A program made the translations under genes and the position numbers. Source: Adineta vaga (taxonomy: Eukaryota; Animalia; Rotifera). Taken from it: a stretch of DNA of 64,000 bases. Of the stretch, positions 37,741-51,900 are shown in pieces. Location of the stretch: assembly GCA_021613535.1 (NCBI GenBank), contig CP075496.1, forward strand, positions 15,128,001-15,192,000. Reading direction: 5' to 3'. Under the pieces are notes generated by a model. The model saw only the letters and a program-made list of their open reading frames with translations, was not told where the DNA came from and made no database searches. The number at the start of each line of letters is the position of its first letter. Positions within the stretch are counted from its first letter, which is position 1.

Positions 37741-37815
37741 GACCCTTCGCCACTACTTTTGGACTGCTCTAAGTACAATTTTGTTGGTTTCTCGAAAAGC
37801 GTGCAACAGTAGTCC

Positions 37816-37948
37816 ATCTTGAGGGTGTGGGTGTGGGTGAGAAACAGTGGAATGATGACACCCTCAACCATCCTCACCCACACCCAACCCCTTACCCTCA
37901 TCCTCACCCATACCCACACCCTCACACCCTCACCCTTACCCTCAAGAT
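37816..37948. repeat. Head-to-head telomeric-repeat cassette #8
   Basis: ATCTTGAGGGTGTGGGTGTGGG-spacer-mixed CCCTCA/CCCACA/CCCTTA repeats-CCCTCAAGAT. Confidence 0.95.
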
Positions 37949-39318
37949 AAATATGCTTGCTTTTTTCTTTTTTACTACCAATGAACAAAAGGTGCTCTTT
38001 ATCAGCACAAATTAGTAAAAACTTTTTATAAAGAGTTGTTTCTTTTTTAACTGGGCATTTGTGATGACAATGAATAAATATCATTGAGAAAGACTTTTTT
38101 TTGCATAATTTTTAAGTTGTCGTCTTTACTTATCATCAAGACCTAAATGTGCATTTGGATCGAGGTATAATAAACGTTAAGAAATAAAAAAAATTTGAAA
38201 AATTCAGATTTACATTTCTTTTAAATTTATAGTTCATATCTGATTTCATCTAAAAAACATTTCTTGCTAGAAACTGCATTTCCTTGAAAAACAAATGATT
38301 TTCATTGTAACTTTGTCAAAATAAGAACAGATGTTAACTGAAACGATCGATAAGAAAAAGTCAGAGCCAAATCATGAGCTTTTCATTCGTTAGAAGTGGC
38401 ATGTAATAAAGAAATAATCCTAAAAGAATTTCCATTGATTCTCTCAAGGATTTTAGATAAAAACCAATACAGATTGAGAAAATTTGCAATTTGGACCAGT
38501 TCTGATCTAGAAATCGACTATCATTGACATTTTCTATAAAATATGTGGAAGCAACGTATTCGATAAAAGTTGAGTTAAAACTGCACGTCTTTCACCATCC
38601 GGTTTTTATTTAGCTGATTTTGTTTCAATGAAGTTTGCTTCCGCACTCTACATGCGAGTCGCCCAGCATTGTTGCCAGATTGTCTGTTTATCTTGAACAA
38701 TCATTTACATCTGCTTTCGTTATTTCACGAATTAATTGTGTCTATGGATGTATTTTCATTGTTTTTATTTATCTATGATTATAGTATCGTGTTGATTGCG
38801 AATGTTCGAATAGAATCTATCGTATTAACGTGACTATAACTAGTTTTTGTTCAGTTTTAAAGTATATACCATATATTCGAGTAAGTCAACGTGTGAGAAG
38901 AACGCTCGATGAGACTAATCATCAAGCAAACATACAGAAGACATACGTGTCTAGTATGAGTTTTACCAATCTTTAGACACGGTCTGTATTCAAATAATCC
39001 TTACATGGTTATATTGTTTATAGGCGAATAGGAAAAAAACTACAATTAGATAATCTTCTCAGAAGATTTCGAGAAGCTTCCTCGCTGTTCATCTAACATG
39101 AATGATGGAACAAAATGAAACGATGAATAACAATTCTGCAGTATGCCAATGATTTTATTTGAAATGAAGACATATGATAACAATGTTTTTTGTCACAATG
39201 TCATTTTAGGATTGCAGAACATCTCAGAATCCATCTGAAATACAGACTCCTTCGATGACAACAGTGTATGTGACCTTTTGTTCTCAGATAGAAACCTAAG
39301 GAATCTGTTTGTTTTTAG

Positions 39319-42300
39319 GAGCTCGCCCAGAAGAAGGAAAATAGGGTGCATCATAGTGATTTTGATTATTGGTATTGTGACTGTTCTTGCTGTGGCATTT
39401 CTTGTTCTAAAATACCATTGGGAAATAAGAATGGAGTATTCAACAACAATAACATTAGCCGGTAAAATTGTTTTCGAGAAAACAAGAGTTTATAGGTGGT
39501 TTTTACATTCTACTATGCAAAAAATCTTTGGATTTTCGAAAAAAACTCCGACTGGCACTTAGATTTCTTTGACATTACAGTAAAACTTCACTTTTTTAGC
39601 ACCCTTCGTTGACGAACAATTTGTTGGTCTCAACACTTTGTAGAACGAACGAACTTTTCTTTGCTAGAAATACACCTTTTCTTCATGAATCTTCTCCTTT
39701 ATGAATGTTCGAGATTGTTCAGATAAATTCCACCAATAATTATTACCAGTCAGGGAAGAAAATAAGGATGAAAGAACAAGAGAGAAAAAAATGAAATGAT
39801 CTATAGTAGAGGTGCAACAAACACAAAGCTTTGGATTTGTTTCAACAGATTTGGGTTTGGGTTTGGTTTTGAAATTAAACTCTTCTAATAGCAAAGTCAC
39901 ATGATTTCTAGGCATCTGAGACCCAAATAAAACTCAAACCCAAATCCAAATCTTCACTAGGATTTGTTGCACTCCTAATCTATAGAAAATTGACTGAAAA
40001 ATATATCATTTTTATCAATACTGTTGCGAACATTGTGAAAGAACGAGATGAACATATAGCCGAGTACTTAAAGAAACGAAAAAAGCATCAAGAATAGTAC
40101 GGCTCAGTAGATTGATGATGTTGTGTAAGAGAAACGTCGACACAAAGCAACATTTATGGTTACTTCAGTTAACACTAAAGTTTCATCTATCTTTTATCAT
40201 GAAAGAAAGGCTTCAATTTTATAGTCGTAATATTAACGTGCGAAATGCACACAGTTGTTAGTAATGTAAGAAAAGACAATCAAATGTTGACACAATAGAT
40301 GCTGAGAAAGCTCCCTTTTTTGAACGCCCCTTATACTGACCGAATTAAGCTGTTCATCGCGCATATAATCGTTATTATCGGGCAGTATGAATAAAAACGA
40401 ACAAAGACAGATGGGTTCAATAGTATCTACATAGGGGTATCCAAAAGTAGTGGCAACGATATTTTAGTACCAGATATTAAGCTTAATAAAAGTTTCTTTT
40501 CACATGGGATGATAGAGAAAAAAATGCTCTTTCTTTCTATACTATTTGATCATACTTCAACTAAAGTTATACTAATAAAATTCCGATAAGAGTTGTTTTT
40601 TGTTTGCATGTGTCCCCGTTATACTGACTCTCATTTCCAAGAAGATGAAGGAGTATTTTTTAAATAACTTTTCATAGAAACAAGATAGAGAGCTGCGGTT
40701 TTCGCCACTGAAAAGAAGAGATGAAGATGCATAAAATCGTATACTACGGTTTTTCTGACGTGCTTATTATAAGGTTTTCAACTGATCTTTTTAAGAACAA
40801 ACTTATCTCGTAAGATGTTTACAGTGAAGTTTCAATAATCAAATGTACGTTCAAGCTGTTAATCAAAGAGTTAAAAAATGCACAAGGCTGAGATGAATAA
40901 TACATGTTCTTTTTTTTTTATTATGCAAAGAAAACTGTGATCGTTGGATCCTAACAGTACATGTTAATATATAAAAAAAAACAAGAAGAGAAAACAGAAA
41001 ACAAGACAAAAGAGAATGACATAATAGAGTAAGAGAACATTTACATCTAACTCAGCAAAATGTTTCTGGAAAGATTTGCAAGAGTAGAACATCATCTATG
41101 TCAAAATGTGAAACCGAAGAGTAAGAAGGAACTGATGAAAGCCAGGTCAAGACTTTTTCGAGAATAGATAGATGAGGAACGAATCTTTACGACCTATTCA
41201 ATCCTTTAATAGAAAATTCTTTATTCAACCAACTTTTACGAAATTCTGCAAGATTAGCTTTTTCAAATAAAAGAAAACCATCTGTAGAATCAGCGAGTAC
41301 ATGAAGATATCTATTCCAATATAAAGCACATCGGTTCTCTAGAGACAATTCGTCAAAAACGTATGAAAAGAAACTACTATTTTATTCTAAACAATATGAA
41401 TAATGCATGTTCTAGTCCAGTCTTTAATATGATTTTCTAGCGATTTCTGTGAGAAACGCTCGTTTTTCTGCTTTTACCGCTTTTCCTGAGTAAAACATTT
41501 TTGCAATAGTTATAAAAATTGAATAAAAATATTGCAGAAATCAATATTAGAAGGACCGTTATATACAATTCGATGCATATTCATCTTTTCTTTCCAATGG
41601 TGAAAATTGCAACTCTCTATCTTGTTTCTATGAAAAGTTATTTAAAAAATACTCCTTCATCTTCTTGGAAATGAGAGTCAGTATAACGGGGACACATGCA
41701 AACAAAAAACAACTCTTATCGGAATTTTATTAGTATAACTTTAGTTGAAGTATGATCAAATAGTTTAGAAAGAAAGAGCATTTTTTTCTCTATCATCCCA
41801 TGTAAAAAGAAACTTTTATTAAGCTTAATATCTGGTACTAAAATGTCGTTGCCACTACTTTTGGATACCCCTATGTAGTGCCAAGAACAAAGTTACATGT
41901 CGCAAAGCAACTTCACTTGCTGAAGATACTTTTCATTTGAGTTCAAATTGTAGAAGAAAAGATGAGGACGATGCGTGCTCGTAGGCATTTGACTGGCTTT
42001 TGGTTTATCAACGAACATACCTGTCTCATTCAAATTCGAATACAGATCAAAGTTTCGAACATGTCTCCTATTACAGTGTCAAGATAAGGAAAACATGTCT
42101 GAAACACACCTTGGAATGACATAAATTTTCTATTCATTATCATAGATACTCAAAACAGTTTTCGCTGCGAAGCCTATCGCGGTTTAATAACTTCTCATTC
42201 TGACTAGGAGTCGATGGGCTCTACTCTACAGTGGCCATAGATGTCTGTTTTGAAGTAGCATATGAACCGAATGTTGCAAGAGTTTCAATGCAAAAAATAT

Positions 42301-45300
42301 AATGTAAGAAGAGAAATCGAATTCATGCTAACAGTCATCTTTTACAAGAAAGAAAAACTACACTATTGGACTAGCTATGCAAGATTGCACTAACTGATAA
42401 TATTTGACCAGCTGGAACTTATGCAGGCTTGTCTGTTGAATCTGCATTCAACGTTCGCTCTTTTAATCTCACATCGAAATATTGACTAGAGACTTTGGCA
42501 CCTTATTAACAGTTTTGTCTTTCAGTTGAAATTCGAATTGAAACAAATTTTTTTCTGATCAGTTTCGTTTAAAGGATTTAACTAAGTAGGTATTCGGCAG
42601 GAAGCGGACGTTGTGAATGTCAGATACTCGGAGGATTCAAGGAAACCTAATGTTGCGATGCTAATACAATAGTATTTCTTGTATCATAATTCATGGCGTT
42701 CCGTTAAGTTTTCAAATATCGTCCACTTCGTGCTCCATGATACCGAATCATGTCTCGAGATACTTATTTGTTAAGCTTCTACCAGAGACGTAAAATACCT
42801 CTTGACAAGAGCCTTGTAAAATTCTAACTCTCTTCGATCCGTAGATGTGCCGTCAGTGCTATACTAGGCACCGGGAAATTTTTCTAAACGAAACTCCATC
42901 TCTGCCATGCATATCTGACGAATAATTTGCTCGAACATGAAAGAGGAAACGACTGATTAGGAGTTTCATAATCATTCTAATCAATGCTAACCACTAATCA
43001 GCTATTTCTTCCTTGATTATTTCGTTTTCCATTGATTTCCAAATCGATGTCATGCAGTTGAACGTTCATTTATAGGCCAATCGAATTAAACGGTTTAGAT
43101 GCCTTCGTTATGTTACCACTCGGAGAATGTTCTAAATGACAATTTTATGTAAAATTCAATATAAAAATTCAAATGCTTACAATGATACGATAATAGTTCG
43201 ATTCATTATCAGTAGTTTACAAAACATGCCTGTATTAGAATAGTGTTATCTGAACTTTATTGTTTCTCACATAAAACTGATTTTAGAATTTACAGCAACA
43301 ACAACAACAGTAACGACTTCAACAACATCATCAATAACCACAACGACGACAGTATCAACAACGACGACAACAACAACTGGTAAGTGATACGCTAAATAAG
43401 CTCGAGTAATCTTTGTGATATGTCAACTGCAGCTCAGCCACAATCATGACTTCATATGATGCTTGAAAAAAAGCTGTCTCTTGCACGGCATTCGTAGTTC
43501 TAAAATGTTAAAACGGGATTCCCGAATTTCACCAATAAGACTTTCGCCAATAGGACGTTCGCCATTGGCGAAAATATAATGAACATTCGCCAATTGGCGA
43601 AGGTTATAAGAGAATACTGGCGAAAGTACAGTGAGCTCTTTTCGACTATCATAGACGAATGTAAATGTCGGTTGCGTGTGCGGAACTAGAATATCAGACT
43701 GTACCTTATTGCTGTCCTTTATCAACTTCGTCGAAAGTACAGTGAACTTTCGCCAATGGCGAGCGTCCTATTGGCGAAAGTCTTATTGGCGAAGTTCGGG
43801 TATGCCGTTAAAACAAACGAGTTACATGAAACAACTCCGAATGTCATTTCCACACGGAACAGTGTTTAGTACTGTTGAATTATTTTGCCGAAAAAAGGAT
43901 TTCTACAGAATTAATTGCGAAGAGTGAGTAATCCATAACAATATATGAATGTTGACAGAATAAGAAAAAAAAGATGTTAGCTGCACATTGAATCGCAAGA
44001 AATCTCTTGTATATTTTGGACTAATATCGTAATTGTGATAATCAACTTCTGTTTTTGTATCATCAGGGTATACAAATAGTTTTTTCTTCTATTCAATAGC
44101 TTGCAATATGTTTTATGAAGAAACTCGTTACTTACTCGGTGCAAGACCTAAGGCACTCGCAGTTGCTGATTTGAACAATGATAACGTGTCCGATATTGTT
44201 GTATCGTATGTTTATTATAAACCTACTATTGAAATTATTCTTCATAGTGCCACTGGAACAATTCTTTCTCGAACAAAATATTACGATTGGACTCTAACAT
44301 ATTCGTTCGCCATAGGTGACATGAATGCCGACAATAGACTTGATATTGTTGCTACATACCGTAGTGAAAATGCTATTGGTATTGGTATTTCATTCAATAT
44401 GCACAACGATACTTTTTCCAGTCCAAGAATGCACGATTGTACATCAGTCAATTATTGGACGAGGTAGGATAAATACAAGTGTCGTAAGTAAAATTGTTAT
44501 ATTTGTACGTGAAAAAGACGTGCTCAATACCTGCATTTCAATATGAGTAGTTCTCTGCTTAAGCTGAAATTTTAAAACAAAGTTCTTGTTTGTGGAGATT
44601 ATCAAGATCGATCATATAGAAATATCCATAGGTCTGCAAAATAGTCGTCTCTCATAATCTAATACGCCTAGCTTTGCAAAAGCTATGCTATAAAAGAATC
44701 CATGGGCAGGTAGAGGCGAGCTCTCCAATTCAGTTCAGTAAACAATAGTCTGCCAAACATTTTTTGTTCATATTGGTTAGCAAAACTTCACACTGAGTAA
44801 TTAAATTGTCTTTGACTCAACTAGAACTTAGAAATACTCAAATTTACCAACACAACACTGCATATGACGGTGATTGAAAAGTAAAAACCCATCATATCCT
44901 ATTTTATAACGCTGTAGTATCCAGTGAAGTGAATGATATTTTTCGTTGGATAAGGAATCCAATACTATCTGTAAAAAGCTATCGATAGCTTTCGAGTACC
45001 TTGCAAGCAAACAAGGAAATTGCTTCATAAATACAGTTAAAAGAGAAGTCCATTCCCCTACAATAAAATAAATCTTAGCCTAGGAACATCCAAATTAGGT
45101 GATATATGATGGATATGTGGCACCTATGATAGGACGTTCGTACTACGAACTTCGTAGTAAAATTTTCAGCTAACTTCTACTACGCACAATCGAGATGCGA
45201 AGCGAGTCAAGGTCAAAAAAATGATTATTGCATCTGGAAGAACTCTCGCTGTCTTTATAGTATATATGATTCAGCATTTATTTTGTTTGAAAGAGTATTT

Positions 45301-46185
45301 GTGAATGCAATAGTTATGAGGATGTTTCTTGTAAGACCTTATTTTTGAAGAAAAAGAGAACCTTCATAAGTTGGATCACAAAAAAACCATCGAACAAAGA
45401 TATTCTTCATTATAGTATTAACAGTTCGACTCGAAAAAGTGCAAAAGCTAATGTACAAATACTTTCATTCCAGGTCGAAACCATCCTCGATTGCAGTATT
45501 TGATATAAGTGGAGACAAAAATCTCGATTTTGTTGCTATATATGATCGTGACAAACGCATTGACTTTTTTCGTAACACAGGTGGTGATTTTTTGATTTGT
45601 CATAAGCGTTTTTTCGTTGAAGAATATCCGTCTTCAATAGCGGTAGGCAATTTGGATGATGATCAGTATCCTGACATTGTTGTGGGCTATGAAAATTTAC
45701 ATACCATTGGTATTTTTTTTCAAAACGAGTTTTTAAGTGAGTTTGATATGGAGTTTTATTCTGAAATCTCGTACCTTGTGGATGGACCTATATCCTCAAT
45801 TGCGTTAGCTGATATAGATAGCGATGGCCATCTCGACATAATTGTTACATTTTTGCTCTATAATACTGTTGGTATTTTGTTCAACAAGTCTGGTCGCTCT
45901 TTTTCTCGTGTAACTACTTTTGCAACTGGTATGCGCCCGTACTCAGTAACAATTGCCGATTTAAATAATGACTATAAACCTGATATAATTACCGCAAACT
46001 CTGGTGAAGATACCATCAGCGTTCTTCTCAACGCTGAGAATCGTACATTTCTTCCTCACATCGCGTACAAAGTTGGCAGTGAACCAAAAGCAGTTGCAGT
46101 TATCGATGCGAACCGTGACAATAAACCTGATATCATCGTTGCAAATGGATCTGACGACTATGTTGGTATTCTCTTACGTTGTTGA
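39319..46185 (+). CDS. Type II membrane FG-GAP (VCBS) beta-propeller protein with Thr-rich stalk; TE-filled introns, probably disrupted near 44440
   Basis: TM exon 39319-39461, Thr-rich exon about 43290-43379, FG-GAP exon from 44100 (ADLNNDNVSDIVV, GDMNADNRLDIV), and final exon about 45416-46185 with five further D-x-D-G-D-type repeats. Confidence 0.7.
39807..39977. mobile_element. hAT-type MITE
   Basis: 8-bp TSD ATCTATAG (39799-39806, 39978-39985), imperfect TIR TAGAGGTGCAACAAA / TTTGTTGCACTCCTA, and internal GGTTT/AAACC motifs. Confidence 0.8.
40430..41875. mobile_element. Non-autonomous Tc1/mariner-type element with TIRs of about 300 bp
   Basis: TA-flanked CATAGGGGTATCCAAAAGTAGTGGCAACGA... 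near-perfectly inverted at about 41570-41875. Confidence 0.9.
40911..41395 (-). mobile_element. 5'-truncated LINE (3' end of ORF2, UTR, polyA) nested in the TIR element
   Basis: 18-bp TSD ATGAATAAT(A/G)CATGTTCT (40893-40910, 41396-41413). Translates to FDELSLENRCALYWNRYL...FPETFC, homologous to the C-terminus of the LINE ORF2 at 9054-9360. Confidence 0.88.
43514..43807. mobile_element. MITE with TIRs of about 60 bp built from TTCGCCAAT/ATTGGCGAA motifs
   Basis: CGGGATTCCCGAATTTCACCAATAAGACTTTCGCCAATAGGACG is inverted at about 43750-43807. Flanked by TTAAAA on both sides. Confidence 0.8.
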
Positions 46186-48586
46186 AGCTTCTTGCTCAAC
46201 TGAACTCTATATATGTGTGGATTGTTTCTTCTCAAGACATTACCATCTGAATAGATTTTTCTCACTACATGAGGCATGTTGTTCTTCAGATGCTGACACA
46301 TTGAAAAGACTTGACATTTTACTTTCGGGATGCTTTTTTTTTCTAGAAAAATCCATGAATGATCTACTGTGAGTACTAATAATAATTGAAAAATGTAGTT
46401 CACTATAATATTAATCAAATATACAGAAATTTTTATTCAGATCAAATGACACTTCCGTAAATTCATCGATATGGATGGAAAAAGACCGGAGACACTATTA
46501 GAAACAACTATCTACATTGTAAATAAAAAAAAGTTTACTACCAAACCTATCGAAAAAGTTGCCCAGGTGTTGAATAGATTGCAAATGTGTCGGCATGCTG
46601 AAAAACATGATTTTTCAAAATTGACGAAACTTGAAAAGGATCTGACCGCGAGCACACGCTCCAAATCATCGTTCACGACACTTTTTCCATAGGTTCGGTA
46701 ATAAACTTTTTTTATTTACAGTGTACTGAATTATTACAAAGTTTTCGAAGTTACTGATCAATTCGCGGAAAGTATGGTGAACCCTTGCCAAGAATACGAA
46801 TCTGCAGGTCGTTTTGTAATAGCTTTGCCAAATTGTTAACAATTGATCGTGAGCACGCGTCTTTCTGCTGAAGATAGAACAAACTTTTAGAGAATGATAG
46901 AAAACTGTTTTTAGTTCAGTAGATAGCAATCAAAACCTTAATGATAATAACTGGGTTACCAATACTTTCGTACAGAATATACTGAACAGCTGTGAAACAA
47001 AATCAATGGCCATTGGTTTCGCGAATAATATTAGAAATTGTTAAGAGTTCAGTGCTGATTGCGTTAAAGTTCTGATGGATTTTCGATACTTCTCAAGATT
47101 CGTATATGTTTTACGAAAGAAAAAGTTAATCTATGATAACTACACTTTAGTCTCGGTACATCCCTATTCTGAACCTTTAGAAACATGAATAAAAGGTTAT
47201 TGGTTCAGGTGATACTATACAGAACCAACACTAATTTAGTAATGAATTTGGTAAACCTCTAAGGAATTTTCGAATCATTTAAGAATTCGTATAAATTATA
47301 CTAAACTGAGAGCTGATTTGTTTAGAATTTACTGAACCTTCAATTGAAATACTAAACCTTGAACGGTTTCGGAGAAGTTTTAGCAAGCTTTTAAGAGTTT
47401 GTGAATATATCAATCGTTTCGGGTAATCTACATCAAATCTCTAGAGTTTATACGAAACCGTGTTTGGTTTAGTTAGAAATACTCTGAGCTTTCTGAAAAT
47501 TGACGAACCATTGGTGATACGGTGCAAACTAACCTGAACCATCTAGTGGCTTACGAAACTATGAATAATTTCGAAAAAAATATACCAAACCTATCGTCAG
47601 ACTGCGAAACTATCGATAGTTCTATGGACATGTTACGGAACGATCAATAATTTCGCATGATACATATAAAACTTTAAGTTGTCTTTTTTTTTGTCAACTG
47701 CCAAATCTTTTCGGCCTTACTGAATTTAAAATCTTTCAATGGTAGCATGGAAAATCTTTTCAGTTCGGTAAAACGCCAATTTTTTTACAGCGCTATTTAT
47801 TCATTGTGGATTTACAGAAGGAAAAAGTTAATATTTAATTAATTCACTGCTTCTCATCTGTCCATTTATAATAATCAACAAGAACAGATCTACATGAGAG
47901 AAACCCATTCAAATGTTGTTTTTCTCATTGTTCACTTTTGCTATGTTGGATTTTATCATTTAGCTAGAAAACATACGGAAATGCCAACAGAAGTTAGAAA
48001 AATGTTAATTGAGTAGCAGGTATTCAGCTCACTTCTGTAGAGATCAGAAATGACGTGAATATGTTGAGAAACATCGAACTGCACACATGTATTTCTTAAT
48101 GTGATAAATTTCAATCTATTATTTCTCATTTTTACTTCGAAATTTCAAGGAGTAACGATGATAATGACTGTAAGTATGATAAGAATTTTCTCTTCATGTT
48201 TTATTTGTGTTGATGAATATTGCCTGTTTATTGTCGAGAGATAAGTATTATTACAACATTCATTCGACAAACGAAAATGAAAACATCTCGATGACGAACT
48301 GTTTTGTACAAATAGTTTTTACAGATTTTCACTGATGAAAAATATTCAGCACGATATTTGATTCAATGAGAACATCACGAATACAAAAAAATCGAGTAGG
48401 AATTGTTGAGGTAATCTACGCGAAAGAAACTAGTACAAAACCATTTAAGATCCTGTTCAACATTTTTAGTCTTATTCAACTCATCTCAACTCAACACAAA
48501 CAACAGCAACAATCCAACGGAGGAGAACACTGTATGCGTATTGAAAAATGTAATCAGTGATGAGAACAAATACTTTTTTCTTTTAG

Positions 48587-48786
48587 ATGTTCGTCTTTGG
48601 AGAAAAGAAAATTCCTCCGAAATGTATGTTTTTCTATGCTTACTATTTTATTCTTTGCAGGAAGCCTGATTTCCATAACGATTGCTAAGATAAAAAAAAA
48701 TGACATAACGACAGAAAGATCAAAAATGTCAACAATGACAACATCGATGTCAACAGAAACAACAACAACAATGACAACATCGATGT

Positions 48787-48817
<31 letters not shown>

Positions 48818-50523
48818 GACATCAACAACAACGACGATCACAACCACGATAACGACCACGACAGCAACCACAACAACAACAGCGACAAAAGAAACAACAA
48901 CGACAGGACCCAGAGGTTAGATCTTTCGTTAAAAGCAATAGTATTTTATGGAGTAAAAAAAGCATAATCTCAAATGAAGATGTTCATACCGTAGGCAGAC
49001 AAGATTTTCGAAACACGCGTTTATACCGTTAAAACGGTGAAAATCAGATTTTTTCAGCGTTCAACCATGCAGTATTCGAGTGTCAAAGAAAAACTGCGGT
49101 TAAACGTCAAAAAATCAAATTTTCACCGTTTTCAGCGTATGATTTATCATCGAGCGTAGCTCACAGTTGGAAACATAAACTAGTATGCGCAAACGCGTAT
49201 TTCAAAAATCTTGTCTGCTAGGGTATGAATGATCTCACACACCCATCGTCAGTATATTCGAGTGCATATATAATACAAGAAGCTCCCAATTCCACTACAA
49301 TTCTATACTAATAGAAGTTTAAATTGTCTTTCCGAGCTCATATAGTTAGAAATGTCTGTGTATACGCACGGATAACATCAGAATTATTGCTGACTGAAAC
49401 TATTAACTGTCATATGGTGTCCGTTTTGAACACACGTATTAGTGATGTAGGCGTGAGGCAAACAGCTTTCAGTGATTAGAGATTGTACATATAGGAGATC
49501 TAAGAGGTCGAGTATCAATCTAACATTTCTATATTTTTTTTTCCAGTATGGATATCTTCAGGGAACATAAATAACCCACATATATTTTCTCCATTATCTT
49601 TATTGCCAAACGGACAAGTGTTGCTTGTAGGTGGAGGATACTCTGATTCTATTACACGGGACACTGAATTGTACGATCCATCAACAGGTATTTGGACACT
49701 TGCTAGTCAGACATCAGATTCACGAAAATATCATACGGTGACTGTATTAAAAAATGGACTAGTATTGGTCTGTGGTGGAGAAGTCTCTTACAAAGTTTTA
49801 TCTAGTGCTGAATTGTATAATGTGTCAACAAATACTTGGACGATTACAGGAAGTATGAATTATGAACGACATTCTCACACAGCAACATTATTAATGAATG
49901 GCAAAGTATTAGTTGTTGGTGGACATGATCGTCAGCAGAGACCTATAAGAATTGCTGAATTGTATAATCCATCGACAGGTATTTGGATAATTACAGCTCG
50001 AACACATGTTCATCGTGTTCATCACACAGTCTCGCTGCTATCCAATGGGAAAGTGCTAGTGGCAGGAGGAGATAATTGGTCGCAATCTAAATCGAGTGCT
50101 GAACTGTATGATTCATCAACAGGTACATGGAGTCATCCAGTTTATATGAACGGCTTACATCGAGGTCATTCAGCATCGATATTAGCCAACGGAAGTGTGT
50201 TAATCATTGGTGGATACGATGCTGAATTATACGATCCATTAACAGAAACATGGACAATTGCAAGTAAAATGAACACTAGTCGGTATAATCATACAGCATC
50301 TGTATTACCAGATGGAAAAGTACTAGTAGCGGGTGGATTTGGTCATCAACATTGTCTAGATAGTGTTGAATTGTATGATCCACTAACAGACACTTGGTCG
50401 ATGGAAAATAGTCTGAATTTTAAACGTACACATCATACATCAATTGTCTTAATCGATGGAAAAATACTCATTGCTGGTGGCGAGAGTGAAGGTGCACCTG
50501 TGTACATTACAGAACTCTATTAA
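48587..50523 (+). CDS. Type II membrane Kelch-repeat beta-propeller protein with Thr-rich stalk; intron 48916-49546, 5' exon uncertain
   Basis: TM segment plus poly-Thr exon 48587-48915 splices in frame to an exon with about 7 Kelch repeats (HTATLLxNGKVLVxGG...AELYDPxTGxW). Confidence 0.85.
48985..49227. mobile_element. Intronic MITE
   Basis: Imperfect TIR of about 38 bp: CATACCGTAGGCAGACAAGATTTT... / ...AAAATCTTGTCTGCTAGGGTATG. Confidence 0.75.
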
Positions 50524-50944
50524 ATATCGTAAAAATGAACAAGTTATTGAGGAGCTTGATTTTACATCAAATTCAAATTCAAGTTTCCGTTTCTTTTTAG
50601 AAAAATTCGAGAGCACACCAGAAACATTATAGACATCGAAAAGCAAAAACATTAGTGAGGTACACTATAGAAAGAACTGTGATAATGTTGGCGATGCCTG
50701 TGGTATTGGTAGTATTCCATTAACTGCGCAACACCAAAGTATCACTAGCATTAGTAACACCCCCAGAGCCAGTAACAGTTCTAACTTTATCTCTATTTTT
50801 CTAATTTTATTTTGTTATAAATTAACCGCTTTCTTAAAGAATTATTTTACCACAAAATCATATTCCCAAACATATATTCGGATGGTCATATAGCATTTCT
50901 TTCATAAAAGAAATTCATTCGTTTGTAGAAGACAATAAATGCGA

Positions 50945-51007
50945 TGAGGGTGAGGGTGATAGTAGTATATTATTACATCAATCTCATATACACTCTTATC
51001 CTTCAAG
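50945..51007. repeat. Head-to-head telomeric-repeat cassette #9 (degenerate, TGAGGG variant)
   Basis: TGAGGGTGAGGGTGA-spacer-CTCATATACACTCTTATCCTTCAAG. Confidence 0.5.
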
Positions 51008-51289
51008 TTTTCGCTATAAAATTTAATGAAAGAGAATCGACTATAAAGAACTTCGATCTAAATTATTCATCTATCGACAATAGATTTGGAGAGAATGCTA
51101 TCAGAATGATATACTCTAAAAAAAAGGTGTTATACCGAACTTAACAGATTTAGTATTCATCCGCGAAACGATTTTAAGGTCCGCAGAATAAAAATGGGTT
51201 CGTCACTTTTCGACGGAACCTTTTTAAGTTTCGTAATTGCTATAATAGTTTCGCGTATCTTTTACGAAACCATGAATAGTTCTGTAAAA

Positions 51290-51900
51290 GTATACTGAAC
51301 CCTTCGATACTTTACGAAACTTGGTATGGTTTGGTAAGAAGCGTACCGAACCTTCAAATGACCAATCAAACATGCAAACGTTTCGTAAGATTCATGCTGA
51401 GCCATGAAGAGATGTACGAAACTGTTTCTGGTTGCGTAAAATATATACCAAACTCGTGGATTATTTGCTGAACTGTTCATAGCTTCGTGAAGAGCATATC
51501 GAACCATCATCAAATGTGCTAAACTCTTCAAGGCTTAGATAATTGTATACCAAAACCTCTGGCCACTTACAGAACCCTACAAGGTTTCGTGTAATAACTA
51601 CTGAACCTCTCAACCATTTACAGAGCTCTTCAAGGATTCGTGTAATGAATACCGAACTCTCTGGCCACTTATAGAGCCCCCTAAGGTTTCTTGTAATATG
51701 TACTGAACCCCGCAACTATTTACAAAACTCTCAAAGGTATTGAGGAATAAATACTGAACCTTCCAGCCACTTATAGAACTTTTCATGGTTGCGCGCAATG
51801 AATACTGAACCTCGCAACCATTTATAGAACTTTCCCAGGTTTCGTACAGTGTATACCGAACCTTTCGATCACTCACGAAACGATGTAAGGTTAGCATACT
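51290..51900. repeat. Diverged 51-bp tandem array (about 12 units)
   Basis: ACTGAACC-like anchor at 51294, 51345, 51396, 51447, 51498, 51549, 51600, 51651, 51702, 51753, 51804 and 51855. Confidence 0.8.

Noticed and set aside
48554-48871. Val-rich minus-strand ORF
   Set aside because: Antisense shadow of the Thr-rich stalk exon.
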